This document shows, one piece after another, positions 16,976 through 25,904 of a stretch of DNA of 64,000 nucleotides. The notes under the pieces are model-generated. The model was not told the DNA's origin. It saw only the letters and a list, made by a program, of their open reading frames with translations, and made no database searches. Within the stretch, counting starts at the first letter, position 1. Each line of letters starts with the position of its first letter. The translations under genes were made by a program, and so were the position numbers. Source of the DNA: a phage; the NCBI GenBank assembly GCA_018175275.1, contig GCA_018175275.1_4531.1, one strand, 5' to 3'.

Positions 16976-17908
16976 GTGACTAAATTTAATTGCGACGATT
17001 TGGTTGAAAAAGGTTTAGTTCATAAGAAAACATATAAAGAAGGAGAGTATTCTGGTCTATCTGTTCTTAAGTATAAGAACAAAGTTTTCTGGGATAACCT
17101 GTGGAACATTGATTCTCGTCTTCTAGAATGTCGCGGAATCGTTGTTGACGCTGATGACAATGTTGTTATTTGGCCTTTCACTAAGATTTTTAATCGTTTT
17201 GAGAATGGCACAGATCTACCAGCGGATGAATTTGTAGATGTGGTTCGTAAAGTAAATGGTTTTATGGCCTCTGTAGGTGTATATAAAGGTCAACTTATTG
17301 TATCGACAACAGGAAGCCTTGAATCAGATTTTGCAAGTATTGCAAAGAATCATATTGTTTCAGAGTGTGATGACATAGAACATTTCATCAAATGGACAGA
17401 GAGTGCAAAAGCAACTTTCCTTTTTGAAATCTGTGATCCTTCTGATCCGCATATTGTCGAAGAAGAACCAGGTGCATACTTAATTGGTGCCAGAATTCAA
17501 AACCCTGATGGGACAAGTTTTATGTTACCTGAAGGTGCTCTTGATGGAATTGCTTCTGTCACCAAATTTAAGCGTCCTGAAGTTCATCCAATGGTTAAGT
17601 TTTCAGATGTTGTTGAAATGTCTAAACATTGTAAACACGAAGGGTTTGTAGTTCGTGAAACAAACTATCCGTTCAACTTACTTTTAAAAATTAAATCACC
17701 ACACTATCTTACTAAGAAGTTTCTTATGCGCGGTGGAGATAAAAAGTGGGATCTGATTTGGGATAATCCAAAAAATGCCAAACAAATGGTTGACGAAGAA
17801 TATTACGCTTTGTTAGAATGGATTCGAAATAATTTTACGAAGACTCAATGGGCTGCTTTAAATCAGCAAGAGCGACGTGAAAAAATCGAAAACTTTTTTG
17901 GAGGATAA
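16976..17908 (+). CDS. RNA ligase, T4 Rnl1-like
   Basis: 310 aa; LLECRGIVVDADDNV resembles T4 Rnl1 ALECRGIMFEMDGE; nucleotidyltransferase motifs KVNGF (I), EGFVVRE (IV), LLLKIKSP (V); GTG start with AAGGAGAG RBS. Confidence 0.6.
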   Translation: MTKFNCDDLVEKGLVHKKTYKEGEYSGLSVLKYKNKVFWDNLWNIDSRLLECRGIVVDADDNVVIWPFTKIFNRFENGTDLPADEFVDVVRKVNGFMASVGVYKGQLIVSTTGSLESDFASIAKNHIVSECDDIEHFIKWTESAKATFLFEICDPSDPHIVEEEPGAYLIGARIQNPDGTSFMLPEGALDGIASVTKFKRPEVHPMVKFSDVVEMSKHCKHEGFVVRETNYPFNLLLKIKSPHYLTKKFLMRGGDKKWDLIWDNPKNAKQMVDEEYYALLEWIRNNFTKTQWAALNQQERREKIENFFGG

Positions 17909-18313
17909 ATGAAACAACTTATCATTTTACGTGGCGTTTCAGGTGCTGGTAAATCTACAGTAGCAGAAATTATTTCTGAAGGTTATTGGCCTATCTGTGA
18001 GGCAGATCAATATCATTACACAGAGAGTGGTGTTTACGATTGGAAGCCAGAAAATGTAGGTAAAGCACACGCATGGTGTCAGGGTATTGTTCGTGATGCT
18101 ATGGCATCTAATCTTAACAAGATTATTGTTTCTAATACTTCAACCACAGAGAAAGAACTTAAACCTTATCTAGCTCTTGCTGAAGAGTTTGGTTATCAAG
18201 TTATCTCTTTAGTTGTTGAAAATAGGCACGGTAATGATTCAATTCACGAGGTTCCACAATATATCCGTGATCAGCAAGAGAAACGTCTTCGTGGTTCACT
18301 TAAACTTCAATAA
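17909..18313 (+). CDS. pnk: polynucleotide 5'-kinase (T4 Pnk kinase-domain-like P-loop kinase)
   Basis: 134 aa; MKQLIILRGVSGAGKSTVAEII resembles T4 Pnk [23 protein letters not shown]; Walker A GxxGxGKS. Confidence 0.55.
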   Translation: MKQLIILRGVSGAGKSTVAEIISEGYWPICEADQYHYTESGVYDWKPENVGKAHAWCQGIVRDAMASNLNKIIVSNTSTTEKELKPYLALAEEFGYQVISLVVENRHGNDSIHEVPQYIRDQQEKRLRGSLKLQ

Positions 18314-18322
18314 GGAGAAATA

Positions 18323-18649
18323 ATGCAGATTTATACAGATGATCGTAAATATGAGACAATTTTAGATGAAGATACTGGACGAATTACCGTTCTCCGTCAC
18401 GGTGAAGAGTGGCGTGATGAAACGGGAGACAATTATATCTTGTCTCTGATTCATCTTATTGAACAAATGCGTGATGATTACGCTGAACTGCATTATGAAA
18501 ATGAGGCTAATAAAGTAAAATTTGAAAATGAATTAGAAGAGAAAGAATCCGAAATGGTATATCTAAAAGAAGAGATCTCCCGTTTGGAGGAAGAGATTGA
18601 TGCTCTTCAAGAAGAGATTTACGAACTCAACAACGAACTGAACGCTTAA
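18323..18649 (+). CDS. hypothetical coiled-coil protein
   Basis: 108 aa; C-terminal heptad-like EEISRLEEEIDALQEEIYELNNEL. Confidence 0.4.
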   Translation: MQIYTDDRKYETILDEDTGRITVLRHGEEWRDETGDNYILSLIHLIEQMRDDYAELHYENEANKVKFENELEEKESEMVYLKEEISRLEEEIDALQEEIYELNNELNA

Positions 18650-18658
18650 GGAGGGATT

Positions 18659-18847
18659 ATGAAAAAAGATATCGTTGTTGGTTGGCTGACTTGCCCTTGT
18701 GGTAGTAATGACATAACTGTAAACACAGAGGGTGATAAAAATTATTTATTCTACGGGGATAAAATCACTTGCAATACCTGCGGACGTGTTGGTATTATAG
18801 AAACCGATGATTGTTGTGCTTTTGAATCTTGGGATGAAGAAGAATGA
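18659..18847 (+). CDS. hypothetical zinc-ribbon protein
   Basis: 62 aa; CPCG...CNTCG cysteine pairs. Confidence 0.4.
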   Translation: MKKDIVVGWLTCPCGSNDITVNTEGDKNYLFYGDKITCNTCGRVGIIETDDCCAFESWDEEE

Positions 18848-19065
18848 GTACTGCATTTTATGTTCGTAGCGGAGACGAGGATTTTCTGGCTACTTTTGAT
18901 GACGGTGATATTGAAGATATGTATGACGATATGCTTGACTATGCCAAAGGGCAAGGTTTCACAAGCATTGATTATATGTTGGCAACATCTACAACGTTAC
19001 TCGACGCAGATTTGGATGAAGTGTGTAACAGATTGAAAATTTCAGTTTTTAAATGGGAGGACTAA
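18844..19065 (+). CDS. hypothetical acidic small protein
   Basis: 73-aa ORF, Asp/Glu-rich. Confidence 0.35.
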   Translation: MSTAFYVRSGDEDFLATFDDGDIEDMYDDMLDYAKGQGFTSIDYMLATSTTLLDADLDEVCNRLKISVFKWED

Positions 19066-20180
19066 TGCAACAAACAAATCAAACGCTGTATGGTAAAGAT
19101 TCAAAAGGAAAACTTAAACAGTGGACAGTGTATACAGATGGTGCAGTTGTTACTGTAGCTCATGGAAGGGTAGGTGGAAAAATCACAGAAAAATCTTATA
19201 CAGCAGAAGCAAAAAACATCGGTCGTTCCAATGAAACAACACCGGAAGAACAAGCTGAACTTGAAGCTTTTGCCAAATGGACAAAACAGTTAAAGAATGG
19301 CTATTATAAAACAAAAGAAGAAGCTGAAAACCATGTTCCTTCTACACCAATGAAATGCCAGGATTATAAAGATTATCCTGAAAGGGTTGTGTTCCCTGGT
19401 TATGCACAATACAAACTGAACGGGTTACGTTCTATGATTAACATGAAAGGGGAGTGTTTATCAAAAGCTGGGGAAGTGTATAACCTGCCACCTCATTGGA
19501 AAGGTATTCCAAACTTTATTAGTGAAGTTGTTGGTCATCCTCTTGATGGTGAAGTGTTTGCTGGGTTAGGTGTCCTTAGTCTGCAACAAATTAATAGTGC
19601 CTGGAAGAAGCATAATGCAAATACACCTTTGCTGAATTATTACGTATATGATATTCCAGTTCCAGATCTACCGTTTGAAAAACGTGTTGATGTTCTTGCT
19701 GCTCTTAAGGCAGTAGTTGAAGATTATGGTCTTGATGAGCTTATTTGTGTAGTTCATACAGAGTATATTGAAAACCAAGAACAGTTTGATGCTTTCTATG
19801 AAAAAGCTTTACTTGAAAAGGCTGAAGGTGTAGTATATCGTAATGCTCGCGGAGTTTACGAATTTGATAAACGCTCTTATGACGTTATTAAACGTAAACC
19901 TCGTCATACTCTTGAAGTTAAAGTAACAAATTCAAAAAGTGATAAAAATGGTGATGGAGTGTTGACAGGCGAGATGGAAAATGGTAAAGTAGTCGAATTC
20001 TTAATGCGTAAAGATGCTCATGAGACTATCAATTATCGTAAAGCAGAGAATGCTTCTACCTTGATTAATCAGTTCGTTGAAATAGAATATGAAGAATTTT
20101 CAGATGAAGGTATTCCGACAAAACCTGTTGGTGTTCGTATTCGAGAAATGATCCCAGGCACTTGGGAACCAGCAGAGTAA
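19065..20180 (+). CDS. ATP-dependent nucleic-acid ligase (nucleotidyltransferase superfamily; DNA vs RNA ligase unresolved)
   Basis: motif I K-L-N-G-L-R (Asn where DNA ligases have Asp), motif IV EGVVYR, motif V VIKRK; ATG at 19065 with GGGAGGA RBS. Confidence 0.55.
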   Translation: MQQTNQTLYGKDSKGKLKQWTVYTDGAVVTVAHGRVGGKITEKSYTAEAKNIGRSNETTPEEQAELEAFAKWTKQLKNGYYKTKEEAENHVPSTPMKCQDYKDYPERVVFPGYAQYKLNGLRSMINMKGECLSKAGEVYNLPPHWKGIPNFISEVVGHPLDGEVFAGLGVLSLQQINSAWKKHNANTPLLNYYVYDIPVPDLPFEKRVDVLAALKAVVEDYGLDELICVVHTEYIENQEQFDAFYEKALLEKAEGVVYRNARGVYEFDKRSYDVIKRKPRHTLEVKVTNSKSDKNGDGVLTGEMENGKVVEFLMRKDAHETINYRKAENASTLINQFVEIEYEEFSDEGIPTKPVGVRIREMIPGTWEPAE

Positions 20181-20302
20181 GGAGGAAAAATGTTTTTAGC
20201 CATTCTAATCGTTTTCAGTGCGCTTTCTTTTTATTGTATGAATGCTTCGGAAAACTTTCCTAAGAATTCAAAGAAAAGAACCGTATGTGTTGCGATTGAT
20301 TC

Positions 20303-20563
20303 ATGTATGTCTGGAGTTGGGTATGCGGTAGTTTCTTGTTTCTTAGCTTATCATTGTGCAAAATACTTGGAGGCATTTTTATGATAATTTTAGCAACAAT
20401 TCTTATGATGTTGATAGCAATTGCTATTGTAATACTGGCATCTTTTCCAGCGGATAAATGGTATTTCAATATTCCACGTATGCTTGTTTTCGGTTTTGCA
20501 GGAATTTACATGGGTGAGTCTGTAGTAAATATTAGCAACTTTCTAGAAAGCTATTTTAAATAA
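20303..20563 (+). CDS. hypothetical small membrane protein
   Basis: hydrophobic stretch ILATILMMLIAIAIVILASF; start ambiguous (ATG near 20381 possible). Confidence 0.3.
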   Translation: MYVWSWVCGSFLFLSLSLCKILGGIFMIILATILMMLIAIAIVILASFPADKWYFNIPRMLVFGFAGIYMGESVVNISNFLESYFK

Positions 20564-20572
20564 GGAGTTATA

Positions 20573-21298
20573 ATGATCGAGAATTTTTTTAAAGATATTA
20601 AATTCGATACTGAATTTTTCAAAAATGCAGCAAAGCACGTGATTGATTGGAATGCTAAAGCGCGAGGTGGTGAACAACCTGAATTTACTCAAGAGCTATT
20701 TATGTCCCAAATCGGGTTCGTTCGTGAAGAACTTAAAGAGTATGAAACAGCCGCGAAAGTAAACGATCATGTAGAACTCTTGGACGCAGCAGCAGATATT
20801 TTTGTAGTATCCAGTTATCTGACTTACATGTTCTTTGGTGAAGAACATACGATGAATTTCTTGGACTATACTGTAGGTGATGTTTTTACTCCGACTGTGT
20901 ATACTGACTTTGATGCTTTGGAACAAACATTTACAGAGCCAGTTCAAATGGCACTAATGGCTGCTGGTATTATGCGTATGTCTCGTGACACTCTCATTCG
21001 TTCAAAATATCCAGAAAAGAAAATTATTAAAGAAGTATTGAAAAGTAACGATTCCAAGTATCCAACTAAACAACAGTTGCTGAAAACTTGGAAAACTTCA
21101 GATATCGATTCAGCCATTGCACAAGAATGCACTGCAATTGAAGAACGAAACGCCAATCGTCCAGAAGGAGCATACACGGGTGTTCATGCTGTTTATAATG
21201 AAAAACAGAAAGTGTATGTGTTCTTTGATGATAAAGGTAAGATCATGAAGTGGTCAGGTTTCATTAAACCCAACATTGCAGCTATTATCAAAAAATGA
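20573..21298 (+). CDS. putative MazG-like nucleotide pyrophosphohydrolase
   Basis: 241 aa; REELKEYETAAKVNDHVELLDAAADIFVV resembles the MazG EExxE...D helix pair; weak call. Confidence 0.35.
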   Translation: MIENFFKDIKFDTEFFKNAAKHVIDWNAKARGGEQPEFTQELFMSQIGFVREELKEYETAAKVNDHVELLDAAADIFVVSSYLTYMFFGEEHTMNFLDYTVGDVFTPTVYTDFDALEQTFTEPVQMALMAAGIMRMSRDTLIRSKYPEKKIIKEVLKSNDSKYPTKQQLLKTWKTSDIDSAIAQECTAIEERNANRPEGAYTGVHAVYNEKQKVYVFFDDKGKIMKWSGFIKPNIAAIIKK

Positions 21299-21936
21299 TA
21301 GGTTCAACAAAGGGAGATTTTAGAATCTCCCGTCTTTCTGAAACCAAGATTGACAATCAAACTACTTTTGTATGTTTATGCTTGGTATGCCAAAAAGAAA
21401 GTTTAAGAACATTGTCCAGTCTGAAAAGATCAAAGAGTCCGAAATGCATGTATTGTAGTAAGGGCGATGGCCTATCTAATAAGGAACGATATACTTACGA
21501 AAGTTATCGTAATATGCTACAAAGGTGTTATAATGAAAATTGTGAGCACTATGATAGATACGGTGGACGAGGAATTACTGTTTGTGATGATTGGAAGAAA
21601 TCATTTAACACTTTCTTGAAAGACATGGGTAAGCGACCTAAAAACCATAGTTTAGATCGTGTAAATGTTGATCTTGGTTACAGTAAAGAGAATTGCAGAT
21701 GGACAACACAAAGTGAACAGATTCGAAACAGAGGTAAAACAAAAAGCAAGTATTCAAATTTTAGGGGAGTCTCCTATGACAAAGCTAAAAATAAATGGCT
21801 GGCTTTTATTTGTTTCGATAAGAAAACAAAATATTTAGGAAGATATACTACAGAGTTGGAAGCGGCTGAAGCTTACAATCTCGAAGCATTAGAGTTAGGT
21901 ATGTCTAACTATTTTTTAAATACCCGTTTTAAATAG
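21295..21936 (+). CDS. HNH homing endonuclease with AP2-type DNA-binding domain
   Basis: 213 aa; DRVNVDLGYSKENCRWTTQSEQIRN (HNH-like) plus FRGVSYDKAKNKWLAFI...GRYTTELEAAEAYN (AP2-like). Confidence 0.55.
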   Translation: MIGSTKGDFRISRLSETKIDNQTTFVCLCLVCQKESLRTLSSLKRSKSPKCMYCSKGDGLSNKERYTYESYRNMLQRCYNENCEHYDRYGGRGITVCDDWKKSFNTFLKDMGKRPKNHSLDRVNVDLGYSKENCRWTTQSEQIRNRGKTKSKYSNFRGVSYDKAKNKWLAFICFDKKTKYLGRYTTELEAAEAYNLEALELGMSNYFLNTRFK

Positions 21937-21944
21937 GAGGAAAC

Positions 21945-22823
21945 ATGTTTGTAAAATCTTTTAAATCCGCTCTGCCTATGGTTGTTGGTGACAATGCTTC
22001 TGTAGCATCCCTTAACAGCATTACAGATATTCCTCTGGAATTTGTAACAGCAGAAGGCTCCCAGTCACACACTATCGGTCTTGTTCGTTTCGAAGATGAC
22101 TCTAAATTTGTAAAAGAGTTTTCAGATCTTGAACTGCTTAATGTAGGTCAATCTGTGAAGAAGGTAGATAAAAAGAAAGTTAAACGTATTCTGAATGAAC
22201 GTCTAGAAGAAATGCGTCAGGACATGGAGAGCGAAGGTAAAGAGTTTTATGTCGATAAAGAAGTAGTCAAAGCAATGAAAGAAGATATTGAATTTGCACT
22301 ATTGCCTGAAACAGAACCTGAAGATTTCTTTAACTATGTTGTCTTGGATAAAACTACGAATCTTCTTTATGTTCTTAATGGAAGTAAAAAGGTTGCAGAA
22401 GAGATTACTTCTTTCCTCCGTTCCGTTCTGGGGACTTTCCCTTCGGTAGGTTTTAGTGTGCACGAAGAAGCTATTGTAAAAGGTTTTGGTGAATTGCTGG
22501 AGAATCACGAAGCAGATCGTATTACTCTCGGAAATTATATCAAAATGGAGGATAGCGAGGGCGTTGTTGTTTGGAGTAAAGAATCCCTATACGAGTCTAA
22601 AGCTGTCGAACTAAAAGAAGATGGTAAAGATGTTGTTGCAATCGGTCTTGAATATGACGGTGTTGTAGATTTTGTAGTGGATAAAGAGTTTAAACTTTCT
22701 AAACTACGTTTTCCGAAATATTTTGCAGACGAAGAAGGTAGTATTGAAGCTTCAGTCCTTCTGTGCTTCAATGAGATTCGAGGTCTGATGGAAGATTTAA
22801 CCAAAGCAACAATCCTTAAATAA
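21945..22823 (+). CDS. putative RdgC-like recombination-associated protein
   Basis: 292 aa; GVVVWSKESLYESKAVELKEDGKDVVAIGLEYDGVVDFVVDKEFKLSKLRF aligns by eye with RdgC GGVIRAKKQDL...KVVTKLALDW...DGSLKRLKF. Confidence 0.4.
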   Translation: MFVKSFKSALPMVVGDNASVASLNSITDIPLEFVTAEGSQSHTIGLVRFEDDSKFVKEFSDLELLNVGQSVKKVDKKKVKRILNERLEEMRQDMESEGKEFYVDKEVVKAMKEDIEFALLPETEPEDFFNYVVLDKTTNLLYVLNGSKKVAEEITSFLRSVLGTFPSVGFSVHEEAIVKGFGELLENHEADRITLGNYIKMEDSEGVVVWSKESLYESKAVELKEDGKDVVAIGLEYDGVVDFVVDKEFKLSKLRFPKYFADEEGSIEASVLLCFNEIRGLMEDLTKATILK

Positions 22824-22827
22824 GTTC

Positions 22828-22856
22828 TTGACTTGCGGGATTAGTTATGATATTAT
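22828..22856 (+). promoter_or_regulatory. sigma70-like promoter (TTGACT-N17-TATTAT)
   Basis: -35 TTGACT 22828-22833, -10 TATTAT 22851-22856. Confidence 0.4.
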
Positions 22857-22889
22857 GCCTACCTACCTACTTAATGAGGTAGGCTTTTT
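22857..22889 (+). terminator. hairpin plus T-run (terminator or leader attenuator)
   Basis: stem GCCTACCT/AGGTAGGC with 12-nt loop followed by TTTTT; immediately after the promoter -10 and before the RBS of the next gene. Confidence 0.4.
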
Positions 22890-22899
22890 AGGAGGCGTT

Positions 22900-23109
22900 A
22901 TGAAAAAGATTCTGACAGTCGTTCTTTTAGCTTTTAGTTTCACAGTAGCAGCAGGTCAAATTACTTTAATCTTGTCTGATTCTGAAGTTAATGGCAACAC
23001 AAAATATTGCTACTATTCTAACGCTAACCAAGATGAAGTTATAGCAATCCCGAAAAGTCGTCAATGTCCGTATACTAAAACATTCTCAACAGAGGATGAC
23101 GATGAATAA
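22900..23109 (+). CDS. small secreted protein (signal peptide)
   Basis: about 69 aa from ATG 22900 with TAGGAGG RBS; MKKILTVVLLAFSFTVAAG signal-like N-terminus. Confidence 0.45.
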   Translation: MKKILTVVLLAFSFTVAAGQITLILSDSEVNGNTKYCYYSNANQDEVIAIPKSRQCPYTKTFSTEDDDE

Positions 23110-23121
23110 TTAGGGGGAAAT

Positions 23122-24240
23122 ATTAGCGGTTATATTTTAATTAAACCTGAAGATCTTCATTTATATGTCAACGAAGAAACAATAGCTGCAATTGATTATG
23201 ATCAGATCGCTTTCCAAGCAGCGTCTGCATTAGAGAAAAGAACAATCATTGCGAAGCACATCCCTTCAGGTGCTCAAAAGGAATTTAAAAATAAGACAGA
23301 GTTTTGGGGTAAAAGCAAGACTAAAATTGGAGGTTGGCTAGGAGACACAAATGCAGAAAGAGCCTCCAAAAACAAACGTCCCTTCACAAAGGAAGAGTTC
23401 GAAATTATTGATAAGCAATACCCGCCAGAAGATATCGGACACACCTTCCAAGCAGCTAAAACAAAAGTCTTAGGTATTCTAAAACATCTACGTTTAGAAA
23501 AATATTGCGGAGTTATTGGCGTAGGAAAAACTTTCAGACACGCCTTCAAAATGCCTGTAGAATATAAATCTGAACGATTAGATATCAAACCACTTCAGCT
23601 TTCAGAAACCAAAGATTATCTTGTGGAGTTTCACAATGGTGATGTTGTTACTGTAATAGAAGCTGATGATGAGTTAGAGAAGTATGGTTTCCAAGGTTAT
23701 AAAGATTATAAAAGGACGGGTAAATTTTCTTATATCGTAGTGTCTATAGATAAAGATAGTTTACATACTCCTAGTATCCTTTTTAATTTCTACAAAGAGG
23801 ATGGAGTATTTAAAAATCCAGATATAATTCTTATTGACGAGTCTATTGGCGATATATGGATCGTAGATAAAGGTAAAAAGAAAGAAGTTAAAGGTTGGGG
23901 CAGTTACTGGTTAGCATATCAGATGCTAATGGGAGATAAAACAGATAGTATCCGACCTTATCAAGATTTTGATATTAAGTTCGGAGATATTACTTGTTTT
24001 AATCTTCTTTCAGCTTGTAAAACTCAAGCAGAACTTTTCCAAACAGTTAAAGATACTTACTACTCATGGTTCCCAGATGGTGTTAATTTTACTTCTTGGG
24101 ATGGAGAAGAAGTCCATATGACAACAGATGAATGGATAGAAACAATTTTCCAGTTGGTATACATGAAACGCTGGGATAATGACGATACAACATTTGAGAG
24201 TATGCTTCAGTCATACATCTCGCAACAGGAGGCAGAGTGA
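23122..24240 (+). CDS. putative 5'-3' exonuclease / RNase H (T4 rnh-like), no canonical start codon
   Basis: frame open from 23110 with no in-frame ATG/GTG/TTG until 23551; region before 23551 encodes IAAIDYDQIAFQAASAL resembling T4 RNase H ICLIDFSQIALSTAL; AGGGGG at 23112-23117 precedes ATT 23122. Confidence 0.4.
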   Translation: MSGYILIKPEDLHLYVNEETIAAIDYDQIAFQAASALEKRTIIAKHIPSGAQKEFKNKTEFWGKSKTKIGGWLGDTNAERASKNKRPFTKEEFEIIDKQYPPEDIGHTFQAAKTKVLGILKHLRLEKYCGVIGVGKTFRHAFKMPVEYKSERLDIKPLQLSETKDYLVEFHNGDVVTVIEADDELEKYGFQGYKDYKRTGKFSYIVVSIDKDSLHTPSILFNFYKEDGVFKNPDIILIDESIGDIWIVDKGKKKEVKGWGSYWLAYQMLMGDKTDSIRPYQDFDIKFGDITCFNLLSACKTQAELFQTVKDTYYSWFPDGVNFTSWDGEEVHMTTDEWIETIFQLVYMKRWDNDDTTFESMLQSYISQQEAE

Positions 24241-25196
24241 GCAGATTAACAGAAGAGCAGAAAGCAGATATCCTTAGTATGAGTGCAGAGGGTATGTCTT
24301 CTCGCAATATTGCAGCAATTGTTTTAGGTAGTCCAACAAGAAAAAGCACAGTGAACGATTTCCTTGCACGATTCGGAGCAAGTAAACAAGAGCCAGTTAA
24401 AAAGAAACAACCAGTTATTAAAATTATTGATGTTGAAACTGCACCAGAGATTGCATATACTTTCCGTCGATTCAAAGCCTTCATTTCTCCAGATCAAGTA
24501 ATTCGTAGGGGTTATTTGTTATCTTACTCTTCTGCCGACCTGCATACTGGTGAAGTGGAAGGTAAGAATTTGTCTTCTTATCCTCTTTTTGATATTGATC
24601 ATACAGATGATTGGGAGCTTTGCCAAGATCTTTGGAACCTTCTGAATGAGGCAGATGTAGTTGTGGCACACAACGGGTATAAGTTTGACCGTGCATACAT
24701 TAACCAACGATTTGCATATCACGATATGGCTCCTCCTTCTAATTATGTAGTTGTTGATACATTGAAGGCAGCTAAGAAACAATTTGCACTTCCTTCCAAC
24801 TCCCTTAAAGAAATGGGAGCATATTTCGAAACAGAAAGTGAAAAACTGGATAACGAGGGGTTCCCTTTATGGAAAGCATGTTGTGAAGGTGATCGTGATG
24901 CTTTTGAACGTATGCAGATTTACAATGATGGTGATGTTGTTTCACTCCGTGATTTGTATATGAAAATCCTTCCGTGGATTCCACAGCATCCTAACTTATC
25001 CGCTTATTACCCAGATGAGAAGGTCCGTTGTTCTCGTTGTGGCAGTGATCACGTTCACGTTGTTACTGGTAAACAATACCACACTGCGGTAAGTTCTTTC
25101 GATATCATTCGTTGTGAATCTTGCGGCGGTTTGTCACGTAGTAGAGCAAACACCAGATCCAAGGATAAACGAGCAGCAACTATCATTGGAATCTAA
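24237..25196 (+). CDS. putative DnaQ-like 3'-5' exonuclease with N-terminal HTH and C-terminal zinc ribbon
   Basis: 319 aa; Exo I-like IIDVETAP, Exo II-like VVAHNGYKFDRAYI; N-terminal HTH-like segment; C-terminal CSRCGS...CESCGG. Confidence 0.4.
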   Translation: MSRLTEEQKADILSMSAEGMSSRNIAAIVLGSPTRKSTVNDFLARFGASKQEPVKKKQPVIKIIDVETAPEIAYTFRRFKAFISPDQVIRRGYLLSYSSADLHTGEVEGKNLSSYPLFDIDHTDDWELCQDLWNLLNEADVVVAHNGYKFDRAYINQRFAYHDMAPPSNYVVVDTLKAAKKQFALPSNSLKEMGAYFETESEKLDNEGFPLWKACCEGDRDAFERMQIYNDGDVVSLRDLYMKILPWIPQHPNLSAYYPDEKVRCSRCGSDHVHVVTGKQYHTAVSSFDIIRCESCGGLSRSRANTRSKDKRAATIIGI

Positions 25197-25202
25197 TAAT
25201 CA

Positions 25203-25226
25203 GGGAGCTTATTGCTCCCTTTTTTA
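25203..25226 (+). terminator. rho-independent terminator
   Basis: stem AGGGAGC/GCTCCCT with TTAT loop followed by TTTTTT. Confidence 0.55.
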
Positions 25227-25255
25227 TTGACAAAAATTTTATATTAGTGTATACT
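25227..25255 (+). promoter_or_regulatory. sigma70-like promoter (TTGACA-N17-TATACT)
   Basis: -35 25227-25232, -10 25250-25255, directly after the terminator. Confidence 0.5.
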
Positions 25256-25282
25256 CTGCTAACCACAATAAAAGGAGGAAAT

Positions 25283-25510
25283 ATGAGCATTACATTAACA
25301 GGTAACGAAATTTTCGAACTGTTTGAAATGTTAGGTTTGAACTATACCATCGAGAAAGACCCAGATTTACTTGATGTTGAAATAACAATTCAAGAAGATA
25401 CAGCAATCTACAATAATGATGGTGATGTTATCTATCAAGGTAGGGTAGCTTATTATACAGACTACCCAGAAGAAGGCGCAGTAGGAATTCAGGAGGAAAA
25501 TTATGTCTAA
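25283..25510 (+). CDS. hypothetical small protein
   Basis: ATG with AAGGAGGA RBS (MSITLTGNEIF...). Confidence 0.4.
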   Translation: MSITLTGNEIFELFEMLGLNYTIEKDPDLLDVEITIQEDTAIYNNDGDVIYQGRVAYYTDYPEEGAVGIQEENYV

Positions 25511-25904
25511 TGCTTTTGATAATCAGGTTGACGGTGATCACTACACAAAAATGGCAATGCAACCTATTGAACTAGCTTATTTGGTTGGTGGCACACCTTG
25601 TTTTTGCAAATTGGCAAAATATGCAACACGTATTAAAGGTGAACGTCAGATTAACCTAGATAAAGCTATTCATTGTATTGAACTAGAAAGAACCCTTATG
25701 CAAAATAACACGTATATGGTTCGTGAAAATTATCCATCTATGACAAATGCAGCTAAACATGATCAAGCTATGCTTCTTATTGATTTCTTCACAAAAGATC
25801 CTTTAATCCGAGTGGCACTGAAACACATGTATAACTCTTCTTATGTAGATGCAATCGAAGCTATTAAACAACTTAAGGAACGTATTAGTGGCGAGCAATA
25901 CTAA
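25503..25904 (+). CDS. hypothetical protein
   Basis: 133-aa ORF with GGAGGA RBS. Confidence 0.4.
   Translation: MSNAFDNQVDGDHYTKMAMQPIELAYLVGGTPCFCKLAKYATRIKGERQINLDKAIHCIELERTLMQNNTYMVRENYPSMTNAAKHDQAMLLIDFFTKDPLIRVALKHMYNSSYVDAIEAIKQLKERISGEQY

Noticed and set aside
23274-24484. Minus-strand ORFs 23274-23588 and 24089-24484
   Set aside because: Antisense to the RNase H-like and exonuclease-like genes, which have recognisable motifs; no RBS.
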